From a virus (taxonomy: Duplodnaviria; Caudoviricetes), in IMG/VR virus record IMGVR_UViG_3300037458_001574, positions 1-40,454 of that record: 40,454 bases of DNA; one strand, written 5' to 3'. The notes beneath the pieces are model-generated. The model worked only from the letters and a program-made list of their open reading frames with translations, made no database searches and was not told the DNA's origin. Every line of letters starts with the position of its first letter. Positions within the stretch are counted from its first letter, which is position 1. Positions 7,721 to 15,923 of the stretch are shown one piece after another. Both the position numbers and the translations under genes were made by a program.

Positions 7721-8087
7721 ATGGTTGTTAACTAGATTAAAGGAGGGATCTTCGTGGAGGGGGATCGTCTGGCTGCTGACCGCGCTGGGCGTCAGCTTAG
7801 ACCCCATGGCGTGGGAATACATCATGGCGATCGGCATGGCCGTCGCCGGGCTGCTGGGAGTGTTGTTGTCCGATGCTGCTACCCCTGCCCCTGTTCCACC
7901 AGCACCGCTGCCGCCCATCGACCTGCAAGCTCGGGCGAGCGGCGCTGATCCTGATCGCGCTGGCGCTGATGCTGCTGCTGCTGGTCAGTTGCAGCGCGAT
8001 GTGCCGACCGTCCCCAATTTTGGTGTCAGACCGCCGATTGACCGGGGATTGGACGATCAATTCTCTGGTGGATGGGGCGACCGTTAA
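7713..8087 (+). CDS. Holin-like membrane protein
   Basis: RLKEGSSWRGIVWLLTALGV plus a second TM helix; in the lysis block. Confidence 0.65.
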   Translation: MLRWLLTRLKEGSSWRGIVWLLTALGVSLDPMAWEYIMAIGMAVAGLLGVLLSDAATPAPVPPAPLPPIDLQARASGADPDRAGADAAAAGQLQRDVPTVPNFGVRPPIDRGLDDQFSGGWGDR

Positions 8088-8106
8088 CTGTTCCTGGCGT
8101 TATTGA
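7873..8106 (+). CDS. Nested putative lipoprotein (o-spanin/Rz1-like candidate); start uncertain
   Basis: Hydrophobic stretch ending in lipobox-like LLLVSC in the +1 frame of 7713..8087. Confidence 0.4.
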   Translation: MLLPLPLFHQHRCRPSTCKLGRAALILIALALMLLLLVSCSAMCRPSPILVSDRRLTGDWTINSLVDGATVNCSWRY

Positions 8107-8114
8107 GGTGAGCG

Positions 8115-8372
8115 ATGAATCTGAGTTCGATGAAACTGGCTGCGGTCAATGCCTTGATGCGCTGGATTGCCGGGGAGTTGTGGGCACTGGCGCAAGATGC
8201 GGTGTACCTGCTCGCCGAGCGTGACGATCTTGCCGGGGCTGAAAAGCTGGCAATGGCGCGGCAAATGCTCCTCGACCGGGTAGCGGAACTGGGCAAGTCG
8301 TTGAAGGTCAGCGCTGCGAATTTCCTGCTGGAAGCCGCCGTACAAGTCGTCAAGGCCCGAGTCGGCCAATGA
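8115..8372 (+). CDS. Hypothetical protein
   Basis: GAGGTG SD; ATGA-coupled to the next gene. Confidence 0.65.
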   Translation: MNLSSMKLAAVNALMRWIAGELWALAQDAVYLLAERDDLAGAEKLAMARQMLLDRVAELGKSLKVSAANFLLEAAVQVVKARVGQ

Positions 8373-8683
8373 ACGACCCGGATTCCGAGGCGCGATTCCT
8401 GCGGCGGGAAATGGATCGCACCTATGCCGATCGGTTGTTGCACCTCGAACAGAATACCGAAGACCTGGAGCGCAAAGTGCGGACCGAATTGGCAAGCATC
8501 CATATCACCTTGCAGCGGCTGGTGGACTGTCAAGCCGAACAAGGGCCGGTCATAAAATCCCTGAATCACCTGGTCGGCGCGGGCCTCATCATGCGTTGGG
8601 TGGTGATTGCCGTAATCGGGACGCTGGCAGCGATCGGGACGGCGGCGACGGCCATGGAGGCGATGCGCGCGTGGTTAAAGTGA
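8369..8683 (+). CDS. Coiled-coil protein with a C-terminal TM helix (holin/antiholin-like)
   Basis: Heptad region, then WVVIAVIGTLAAIGTAA. Confidence 0.6.
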   Translation: MNDPDSEARFLRREMDRTYADRLLHLEQNTEDLERKVRTELASIHITLQRLVDCQAEQGPVIKSLNHLVGAGLIMRWVVIAVIGTLAAIGTAATAMEAMRAWLK

Positions 8684-8907
8684 TCCTGTTGTCGAAATGG
8701 ACCGGGCTGCTGTTGGGGCTGGTGTTCGGCGGGTCGTTGATGTTCCAGGCGTGGCAGCTCTATCGGTTCGTCAACCAAGGCCCCCGGTTTACGGCGCACG
8801 ATGGGCAGGTGTTGTGTGAGCGGGTGAAAGCGCTGGAAGCCGCGTCGTATGGCTATCGGGATGCGGGTCACGTTCCCTTGCGCTGCAACTACGGACAACG
8901 GCCATGA
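8680..8907 (+). CDS. N-terminal TM protein, possible lysis accessory
   Basis: GTGA-coupled start; WTGLLLGLVFGGSLMF TM segment; two Cys in the soluble part. Confidence 0.55.
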   Translation: MILLSKWTGLLLGLVFGGSLMFQAWQLYRFVNQGPRFTAHDGQVLCERVKALEAASYGYRDAGHVPLRCNYGQRP

Positions 8908-9593
8908 TGACAGTGGATATTCGGGGATTAAACGAGGTGCAACGCCAGTTGCAGAATCTGGCCGCCGAACAGATTCCGTATGCGACCATGGTCGCGATTA
9001 ACAATACGGCGTTTGCCGTGCAGAAAGCCAGCCGGGCGCGACTTGAGGCGGCATTCGATAAGCCGACCCCCTTGATCAAGGGGGCAACGCGCGTCGAGAA
9101 AGCCACGAAGCAGACCTTGACGGCCACAGTCTACATTGATCCGAAACGTGCGTTGATCCTGGAAACCCATGAGGAAGGCGGCAAGCGGGGCCATCAGGCC
9201 ATAGAACGCTTCCTAGTTGGCAAAGGCTGGTTGCCTAGTGGTTGGCGGGCGGTGCCGGGGGGCGGGATGCCACTGGATACGTATGGCAATCCCAAACGGG
9301 CGGAAGTCGCCAAGGTCATCGCCGAGTTGAATGCGGGCATCAGTGGGATTGCCACCAGCAACCGCCGCTGCTTTGTCATTCGACCTGGGCAACGTAGTCG
9401 CCTGACCCCAGGTATTTATCGCATTCGCTCGCGTTCGCAAGGTAGATCAATCCTGCCGCTGTTCCTGTTCGTGTCCACCACTCAATATCGCCCCATCCTG
9501 AAATGGGAACCAACTGTTGCAGCGGAAGCGGTTCGGCTATTGCCGGATGAAGCAGCGAGGGCGATTCAACGCGCGCTGGCGACGACACGATGA
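8904..9593 (+). CDS. Tail completion/neck protein (lambda gpZ-like)
   Basis: QIPYATMVAINNTA...FDKPTP pattern; position immediately before cos/terS. Confidence 0.65.
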   Translation: MMTVDIRGLNEVQRQLQNLAAEQIPYATMVAINNTAFAVQKASRARLEAAFDKPTPLIKGATRVEKATKQTLTATVYIDPKRALILETHEEGGKRGHQAIERFLVGKGWLPSGWRAVPGGGMPLDTYGNPKRAEVAKVIAELNAGISGIATSNRRCFVIRPGQRSRLTPGIYRIRSRSQGRSILPLFLFVSTTQYRPILKWEPTVAAEAVRLLPDEAARAIQRALATTR

Positions 9594-9598
9594 TGAAA

Positions 9599-9645
9599 AG
9601 GTACTCCCGTGCGTGCCAGATTACGGGTAATCGGCGCGGCGATCT
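9599..9645 (+). other. Candidate cos site
   Basis: AGGTACT (cosQ-like)...TTACG GGTAATCGG CGCGG. The flanks match lambda cosN flanks, and GCGCGGCGATCT (9634-9645) is 10/12 to lambda GGGCGGCGACCT. Upstream of terS. Confidence 0.5.
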
Positions 9646-9717
9646 TCTTCTAGGCATAGCCCGCCCGATAAGGCACATCCTCAGTCACTAACCTATTGAT
9701 AAGGCTCATTTGGTCAC

Positions 9718-10278
9718 ATGGCCGTCGAACTGATTACCCCCACGGAATACGCCCGGCGTCGGGGCTGCCACCATACCGCCGTCTTGAAAGCCATCAAGAG
9801 CGGTCGCATCAAGCTGATCGACGGCAAGATCGACCCCGAGGTTGCGGACATCCAATGGGAGAAGAACACCCGGCCGCGCATCAAGATCTCATCCACCGAT
9901 AGCGCGCCGGCCACTCCGGTCGAAGGCGCCCCCTCGTTGCCCGATACCGCCATTCCGCAGTCCCTCTACGACCTGCAACTGGCGCGCGCCAAGCGGGAGT
10001 ACCACGAGGCCAACATCGCCGAAATGCGGGAGCGCCAGAAAGCCGGCGAGCTGGTGGAGCTGCGCGACGTGCAGCTTGCCTACACCACGCTCTACGCACA
10101 ACTCCGAGCGGCCATGGAACGCATCCCCGACAAGCTGGCGACGCGGCTGGCGGCGGAAAGCAACGCCGATGCCGTTCATGCCTTGCTGGCGGCCGAACTC
10201 GATCAATGTCTGATCGACATGGCGCGCATGGCCGAACAAATTCCCGACCGCTTGATCGAGGCGGGCGCCGATGGCTGA
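9718..10278 (+). CDS. Terminase small subunit
   Basis: N-terminal HTH (EYARRRGCHHTAVLKAIKSGRI), ARAKRE...GELV coiled coil; precedes terL. Confidence 0.85.
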   Translation: MAVELITPTEYARRRGCHHTAVLKAIKSGRIKLIDGKIDPEVADIQWEKNTRPRIKISSTDSAPATPVEGAPSLPDTAIPQSLYDLQLARAKREYHEANIAEMRERQKAGELVELRDVQLAYTTLYAQLRAAMERIPDKLATRLAAESNADAVHALLAAELDQCLIDMARMAEQIPDRLIEAGADG

Positions 10279-12217
10279 CGGCCGGCGCGCCCATGCTGGC
10301 GCTGCCAAACTGGGACTGGCGCCGCCGCCCCGGTTGGGAGTCCACAGTTGGGCCGACCAGCATCGCCGGCTACCGACCAAGGGCAGCGGCGAGCCGGGGC
10401 CCTGGCGGACCGCGCGCACGCCCTACACCCGCGAAATCATGGAGTGCCTGAGCCCCGACCATCCGGCCCGCCGGGTGGTCTTCATCAAGTCCGCCCAGGT
10501 CGGCGCGACCGAGATCATCCTGAACTGGATCGGTTGGTTCATCGCCACGCAACGCGCGCCGATGATGGTCGTGCAGCCGACGATTGACGTAGCCGAACGC
10601 TTCTCCAAGCAGCGGCTGGCCGGCATGATTGATGACAGCCCGCAACTGCGCGAGCTGATTCCGCCGGCCCGCTCGCGCGATTCGGGCAACACTACCCTGC
10701 TCAAGGAATACCCCGGCGGCGTGGTCGTGCTATCCGGGGCGAACAGCGCCGCCTCGTTGCGCTCCTTGCCCATCCGCTATCTGGCCCTGGACGAGGTGGA
10801 CGCCTACCCCTACGACCTGGACGGGGAGGGCGACCCAATCAGCCTGGCCGAAGCGCGTTCGACCACGTTCCCGCGCCGCAAGATTTTCCTGGTCTCCACC
10901 CCGACCATCGAAAGCCTGTCCCGCATCCACAAGGAATGGCTGGCCTCCGACCAGCGCCGCTATCACGTGCCCTGTCCGCACTGTGGCGACTACCAGCCGC
11001 TGCAATGGGACCACCTGACCTGGCCGGTCGGGGAGCCGCAGGCCGCCGTCTATGCCTGCCCCAGTTGCGGCGCGGTCATCCCCGAACATCACAAGACCAC
11101 GATGCTGGCCGCCGGGCAATGGCGCGCCGCTCGCCCGGAATCGCCCGTTCCCGGTTTCCACCTCAACGCCCTCTACGCCCCGCTGGGCCTGGGCCTGAGC
11201 TGGGCGGAACTGGCGGCCGAATGGGACGGTTGCCAGCGCGACCCGAACCGGCAAAAGGTGTTTGTCAACACCCGCCTGGGCGAATGCTACGCCGACCCGG
11301 ACGAGAAACTGGACTGGGAGGAAATCAAGGCCCGCGCTGGCGGTTATGCGGTGCGCACCGTGCCGCCCGGCTGTTTGCTCATTTCCGCTGGAATTGACGT
11401 ACAGAAGGACCGTTTCGCCGTGCTGCTGCTGGGCTGGGGGCGCAACAACGTGGTATGGCTCCTGGACTACCAGGAACTGCCCGCCGATCCGACCCGGCCC
11501 GGCGATTGGCAGGCCCTCGACGAGCACTTGCTGACTCCGTTCCGCAATAGCCGGGGCGCCTCGATCAAGGTGACCGCCGCTGCGGTGGATTGCGGCTACC
11601 TGACCGACGACGTGCTGTATTTCACCCGAGCGCGGCGCGGGCGAATCATCGCGGTCAAGGGGGCATCGCAAAGCAACCGTTCGCTGATCGGCAAGCCCTC
11701 CAAGGTGGATTACACCTGGCGGGGCAGCGTCATCAAGCAGGGCGCGGAAATCTATCTGATCGGCGGTGACACAGCCAAGCACTGGCTGTTTGCCCGACTG
11801 GCCAGCGACCGCAAGCATCCGCCCCAGGAGCGGCAGATTCGGTTCCCCGAGGGGCTGGATGACAGCTTCTACGTGATGCTGACCGCCGAATCGTGGGATC
11901 CCAACAAGCGGCGCTGGATCAAGCTGCGCCCGCGCAACGAGGCCCTGGATACCTTCTGCTACGCGGTGGCCGCCGCCATGCAGCCCGCCGTTCGCGTGCA
12001 GACCTGGCGCGAAGGCCATTGGGCCAAGCTGGAAGCGGCGTTGGAACCGGCCCATGGCGATCTGTTCATGCGGGAAGCCTATACCGCCGCCGAAACCAAG
12101 CCGGCGCCGCTGCCGCCGCCTCCGCCGAAACCGATACCGTCGCAACCACCACCGCCGCCGATCCCATCGAACGGTGGATTCATCAACCGACCTGCTGGAG
12201 TTCCATGGATACGCTAA
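10271..12217 (+). CDS. Terminase large subunit (lambda gpA family)
   Basis: WRTARTPY, KSAQVGATE, LDEVDAY, STPT, two CxxC, AGIDVQKDR, RNEALD. Confidence 0.95.
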   Translation: MADGRRAHAGAAKLGLAPPPRLGVHSWADQHRRLPTKGSGEPGPWRTARTPYTREIMECLSPDHPARRVVFIKSAQVGATEIILNWIGWFIATQRAPMMVVQPTIDVAERFSKQRLAGMIDDSPQLRELIPPARSRDSGNTTLLKEYPGGVVVLSGANSAASLRSLPIRYLALDEVDAYPYDLDGEGDPISLAEARSTTFPRRKIFLVSTPTIESLSRIHKEWLASDQRRYHVPCPHCGDYQPLQWDHLTWPVGEPQAAVYACPSCGAVIPEHHKTTMLAAGQWRAARPESPVPGFHLNALYAPLGLGLSWAELAAEWDGCQRDPNRQKVFVNTRLGECYADPDEKLDWEEIKARAGGYAVRTVPPGCLLISAGIDVQKDRFAVLLLGWGRNNVVWLLDYQELPADPTRPGDWQALDEHLLTPFRNSRGASIKVTAAAVDCGYLTDDVLYFTRARRGRIIAVKGASQSNRSLIGKPSKVDYTWRGSVIKQGAEIYLIGGDTAKHWLFARLASDRKHPPQERQIRFPEGLDDSFYVMLTAESWDPNKRRWIKLRPRNEALDTFCYAVAAAMQPAVRVQTWREGHWAKLEAALEPAHGDLFMREAYTAAETKPAPLPPPPPKPIPSQPPPPPIPSNGGFINRPAGVPWIR

Positions 12218-13515
12218 TCCCCTGGCATCACCCAACTGGCAACACCCCGAAAACCGTCACTCTGGTTTGTCTTGGCCCCTCCCGCGCCGCCTACGTCGGC
12301 GGCTTGCTGGAACGCGACCTGTCGGAAGCCACGGCCGGTGCGGATGAGGTTTGGACGCTGAATCGCGGCGGTAATCTCTTCCGCCACGACCTGCTCTGGG
12401 TCATGGATCACATCCAGGGCGAAGCCGACCAGCATCCACGCTACGGGGCGTCGCTGTGGAAACACGACAAGCCGATCATCACCAGCGACAACTTCGCCGG
12501 CTGGCCGCCCCACGTCCACGCCTTCCCTTTCGTGGAGGTCTGGAATTGGCTGGCCCATACCGTCAATCCGATGCACGGCGACTGGTTCCACAACTCGGTC
12601 GCGTACATCGTGATTTACGCCGCCTTCATCGGCGTCAAGGAGCTGCGAATTTTCGGCGCCGACTATGCCAACCACCAGAACGGCGTGGTGGAGGACGGCC
12701 ATCCCTGCGTGGCGTACTGGGTCGCCAAGATGGAATCGGCGGGGCTGACGGTGAGGGTGGCGGCCGAATCGCAGTTTCTCGGCTGCAACCAGCGGACTTG
12801 GATCTACGGCTATCGCCACGACCCGCGCACCATGCCCAGCAACCGCAAGCGGTTTCGGGACCTGGTGGGACTGCCCCCAGAGGAGGACGGCATCGGGTTG
12901 ATGAGCGGCGAGCGGCAAGTCGCGCCGACCCTGGACGGCATTCAGCCCGATCACGTCCACCGCTACCACTGGGCGATGCAAAAGGTTTCCGGGACGGTTT
13001 ATGACTTGGGCTGCGGCATCGGCTACGGTTCGGCCCTGCTGGCCGACATGCCGGGCGTTGACCAGGTTTACGCCATCGACCGCTCGGCGGAAAGCCTGGC
13101 CTATGGCCAGCAGCATTACGGGCGGCCCAACCTGCAATTTGTGACCGCCGACCTGAGCCGGCCTGGAAAATTCGTTCACCGGGGAAACTGGGCGGTCGCG
13201 TTCGAGTTGGTCGAGCACCTGGTGGACCCGGTGCCCCTGCTGCGAGATTTGCCGGTCGATCATCTCATCCTGAGCGTACCGAACGAAGCGGTGGTGCCCT
13301 ATTCGCCCGAGGGCGCTCCGCATCATCACCGGCATTATTCCCGCGTGGATTTGGCGTATTTGTTGGCGGAAACCGGCTGGAAACCCGTCTCCTGGCGCTG
13401 TCAGATGGATCGCGAAGGGCCAGTGATCGATTACCGGGACGATGGTCGGACCCTGCTCGTAGAGGCGCAACGATGCCCCGATTCATCCACTACGACGACC
13501 GTGACTGGCGCTTGA
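12205..13515 (+). CDS. Fusion: Maf/DUF115-like (glycosyltransferase-like) domain + class I SAM methyltransferase
   Basis: GGAG SD and ATG at 12205; VCLGPS...WTLN...NSVAY...GVKELRIFGAD; then HRY..A...DLGCGIGYG...FELVEHL...SVPN. Confidence 0.65.
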   Translation: MDTLIPWHHPTGNTPKTVTLVCLGPSRAAYVGGLLERDLSEATAGADEVWTLNRGGNLFRHDLLWVMDHIQGEADQHPRYGASLWKHDKPIITSDNFAGWPPHVHAFPFVEVWNWLAHTVNPMHGDWFHNSVAYIVIYAAFIGVKELRIFGADYANHQNGVVEDGHPCVAYWVAKMESAGLTVRVAAESQFLGCNQRTWIYGYRHDPRTMPSNRKRFRDLVGLPPEEDGIGLMSGERQVAPTLDGIQPDHVHRYHWAMQKVSGTVYDLGCGIGYGSALLADMPGVDQVYAIDRSAESLAYGQQHYGRPNLQFVTADLSRPGKFVHRGNWAVAFELVEHLVDPVPLLRDLPVDHLILSVPNEAVVPYSPEGAPHHHRHYSRVDLAYLLAETGWKPVSWRCQMDREGPVIDYRDDGRTLLVEAQRCPDSSTTTTVTGA

Positions 13516-13724
13516 CCGAACTGGCGCGGGCCTATCAGCTCGCGCCGACCACGCTCTACCGCCGGCTGGAACGCTTCGGCGAGTCGGCCAGCGGGATTGT
13601 CAGGGCCCTGACCACCGGCATTATCAGCCGGGAAGCGGCGGGGCGGCTGGGCGCCGCTCGGAGTCCCTGGCGGTATCAGGGTCTGGGTCATGCTTCCAGC
13701 CCCTTTGGATCACCCTCCAGATAA
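13473..13724 (+). CDS. Small HTH-like protein
   Basis: WRLTELARAYQLAPTTLYRRLER. Confidence 0.6.
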   Translation: MPRFIHYDDRDWRLTELARAYQLAPTTLYRRLERFGESASGIVRALTTGIISREAAGRLGAARSPWRYQGLGHASSPFGSPSR

Positions 13725-13753
13725 CCAGCGAATAACCCCATCGGAAACCGATC

Positions 13754-13957
13754 ATGACTACTGAATTCGCGGCCCTGCTGGAAAACCCGCACATCAAATC
13801 CCTGCTGGAAGCCGTCGAGGAGGTGCTGGAAGACTTCCGCTGCTCCGAACCCAGCGATAGCTACGTGCCCATCGAGGAGGCCCTGCTGGGGGATTTGTGG
13901 GCGGCGTTTCAACCGTTCGATGCGGCCCGCACGCCCGGCGGCTTGTTGGAAGAGTGA
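13754..13957 (+). CDS. Small acidic hypothetical protein
   Basis: Fits the operon; coupled to the next gene. Confidence 0.55.
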   Translation: MTTEFAALLENPHIKSLLEAVEEVLEDFRCSEPSDSYVPIEEALLGDLWAAFQPFDAARTPGGLLEE

Positions 13958-14319
13958 TGCCGACGATGACTCAGCCCAGCCGCCTGGGGGAAACCCGCAC
14001 ACTGCTGGCAGCAATCCCGACCGATGCGCCGCTGTCGGCCCGCGAACTGGCGGAGAAGGTCGGGATGAGCCCCTACGTGGTGGGCAGTTTGTTGCGGAAC
14101 GCGCAGGCTCACGATCTGATTCGGAAAGCCGGGCAACGAACCGAACAGCGCGACGGTCGTTGGGTCGTCGTCCCGTTGTGGCAGCGCGGATCTTTACCCG
14201 ACCTCGAATGCGAAGCCAATGGGAAGCGCGATGTGGGGTTGACCCCAGACGATTACCAATGGATGCGCTACTGGCGCGCGCGCCGGGTCAGCCGGCAACG
14301 CCGAAGGCAGGCCGCATGA
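13957..14319 (+). CDS. Winged-HTH protein
   Basis: PLSARELAEKVGMSPYVVGSLL; TGATG coupling. Confidence 0.6.
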   Translation: MPTMTQPSRLGETRTLLAAIPTDAPLSARELAEKVGMSPYVVGSLLRNAQAHDLIRKAGQRTEQRDGRWVVVPLWQRGSLPDLECEANGKRDVGLTPDDYQWMRYWRARRVSRQRRRQAA

Positions 14320-14510
14320 ACGAGCCCGTTTCGATTAATGCCTTCGATTTGATCGTGGCCATCCTCAAGGAACTGGAGCGGCAGCAGCCCGGCGCGACGA
14401 TCACGCAACATCAATATGACGTGACGACGCGCGCCTGCAACGCCATCGCCGACGCGATGCGCGACCGGATCGGCATCGTGACCCTGCAAACGGGAGCCCG
14501 CCATGATTAA
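14316..14510 (+). CDS. Hypothetical protein ([10 protein letters not shown]...)
   Basis: ATGA-coupled C-terminal part of track ORF 13920..14510. Confidence 0.55.
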   Translation: MNEPVSINAFDLIVAILKELERQQPGATITQHQYDVTTRACNAIADAMRDRIGIVTLQTGARHD

Positions 14511-14736
14511 ACAACCCTGTCAGGATGCCATCCCCTGGGCGAATTCTTCCCCGCCCACCTATCGGCTCGGCGACCGGGTGCAAAAACACGGCGGCGCGCG
14601 CTGGCGGGGCAAGGTGGTCGGTTGGTATCGCACCAGCCTGACCCCGGAAGGCTACGCGGTGGAATCAGCGTTCGAGCCGGGCAGCGTGCAGATTTACCCG
14701 GTGACCGCCCTGGACCCGTGGGATGGCGTGTCATGA
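14503..14736 (+). CDS. dfrB: Type II (R67/DfrB-family) dihydrofolate reductase homolog
   Basis: [48 protein letters not shown] aligns without gaps to the R67 core, including the VQIY catalytic motif. Confidence 0.88.
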   Translation: MIKQPCQDAIPWANSSPPTYRLGDRVQKHGGARWRGKVVGWYRTSLTPEGYAVESAFEPGSVQIYPVTALDPWDGVS

Positions 14737-14924
14737 TGCCCCTTTCCATCCCCGACACCCTGTACCGCGTCTTCTCCTCCCGCTGGCTGGACCTCAACCA
14801 CGCCCCGGCGGATGCGGCGGACTGGTATCGGCGCGGGTACTTGCAGATCCTCTACCAGGGCAAGATTCCGGGCTACGCGGTGACGCCGAAAACCTACCAG
14901 ATGATCGTGGATCGGGATGGCTAA
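14733..14924 (+). CDS. Hypothetical protein
   Basis: ATGA-coupled to the dfrB-like gene. Confidence 0.5.
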   Translation: MMPLSIPDTLYRVFSSRWLDLNHAPADAADWYRRGYLQILYQGKIPGYAVTPKTYQMIVDRDG

Positions 14925-14938
14925 CAAGGAGATAAGCG

Positions 14939-15571
14939 GTGAGCGAAGCGAATCCGCTTGATCGGCTGGTTATCGAACTCGCGCCGGGCATCACCATCAT
15001 CCGGGGGGATTGTCGTGACGTGCTGCCGGTGAAGTGCGATGCAGTGGTGACCGATCCGCCGTATGGGATTGGTATTTCATCAAATCCTTTTCGTCAAAAG
15101 CATGATAAAAAAAAATGGGACGACGATGTGCCTGAACAGGAATTGATAGATCAGATTGTTATGAATTCGCCTGTTTCAATTATTTGGGGGGGCAATTATT
15201 TTAATTTACCGCCGACACAAAGATTCCTTGTATGGGATAAAATTCAACCTGATTCTTTTTCTTCATCAATGTGTGAAATGGCATGGACAAATTTATCAGG
15301 GCCAGCCAAGTTATACCGAAAGCATGTTGTTTCATATAGAAAATACCATCCAACAACGAAACCTGAAGAGTTAATGGCGTGGTGTTTATCGTTTCTTGAT
15401 GATTTTTGCGTAATTCTCGACCCCTTCATGGGTTCCGGCACGACCGGCGTTGCCTGCATCCGCACGGGGCGGCGTTTCATCGGAATCGAGATCGACCCCA
15501 CTTACTTTGACATCGCCCGTCGCCGCCTGGAGAAGGAACTCGCCCAGGGCCGGCTGGCGCTGGCAGGATAA
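14939..15571 (+). CDS. DNA N6-A/N4-C methyltransferase (beta class), orphan
   Basis: TDPPYG, then HPTTKP, then LDPFMGSGTTG. Confidence 0.9.
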   Translation: MSEANPLDRLVIELAPGITIIRGDCRDVLPVKCDAVVTDPPYGIGISSNPFRQKHDKKKWDDDVPEQELIDQIVMNSPVSIIWGGNYFNLPPTQRFLVWDKIQPDSFSSSMCEMAWTNLSGPAKLYRKHVVSYRKYHPTTKPEELMAWCLSFLDDFCVILDPFMGSGTTGVACIRTGRRFIGIEIDPTYFDIARRRLEKELAQGRLALAG

Positions 15572-15590
15572 CCAGTGATTATGCGGTTCC

Positions 15591-15618
15591 GCCTATCTTG
15601 CCGATCCGCAAGATAGGC
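15591..15618 (+). terminator. Hairpin/terminator ending the accessory insert
   Basis: Perfect 11-bp stem GCCTATCTTGC/GCAAGATAGGC with ATTTT a few nt downstream; TTGACA follows at 15639-15644. Confidence 0.55.
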
Positions 15619-15674
15619 CCATTTTCAAAAATTCACCCTTGACAAACTAAAAATTGCACGCTCTACCAGCGTGC

Positions 15675-15923
15675 ATGAGTGAATTTACCGGCATTGCCCT
15701 CGTCACCCTGGACGCCCGCCTGGTCGAAGCCCAGACCGCGCTGCACGAACTCAGTATCGGCAAGCAGGTGGTGCGCCTCGGCGCCGGCGACAAGCAACTG
15801 AGCTTCACCCAGGCCGATATTCGGCAGTTGCGCTCCTACATTGGGCGGTTGCAGCTCGAAATCGCCGTCCGCGCCGGCCAATCCACCGCCCAACCCTACA
15901 GTGTGGCGACATGGACGCGCTGA
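15675..15923 (+). CDS. Head completion protein (gpW-like)
   Basis: AQTALHELSIGKQVV...SFTQADIRQLRSYI; precedes the portal. Confidence 0.8.
   Translation: MSEFTGIALVTLDARLVEAQTALHELSIGKQVVRLGAGDKQLSFTQADIRQLRSYIGRLQLEIAVRAGQSTAQPYSVATWTR

Noticed and set aside
7127-7750. Group I intron around the HNH gene
   Set aside because: The ORF fills nearly the whole insert, leaving no room for a ribozyme core, and the downstream gene has its own start.
11893-12204. Upstream extension of the 540-aa track ORF (similar extensions at 708, 2429, 13920, 27792, 36966, 39077)
   Set aside because: These extensions overlap neighbouring genes; downstream starts with an SD or stop-start coupling are more plausible and were used instead.
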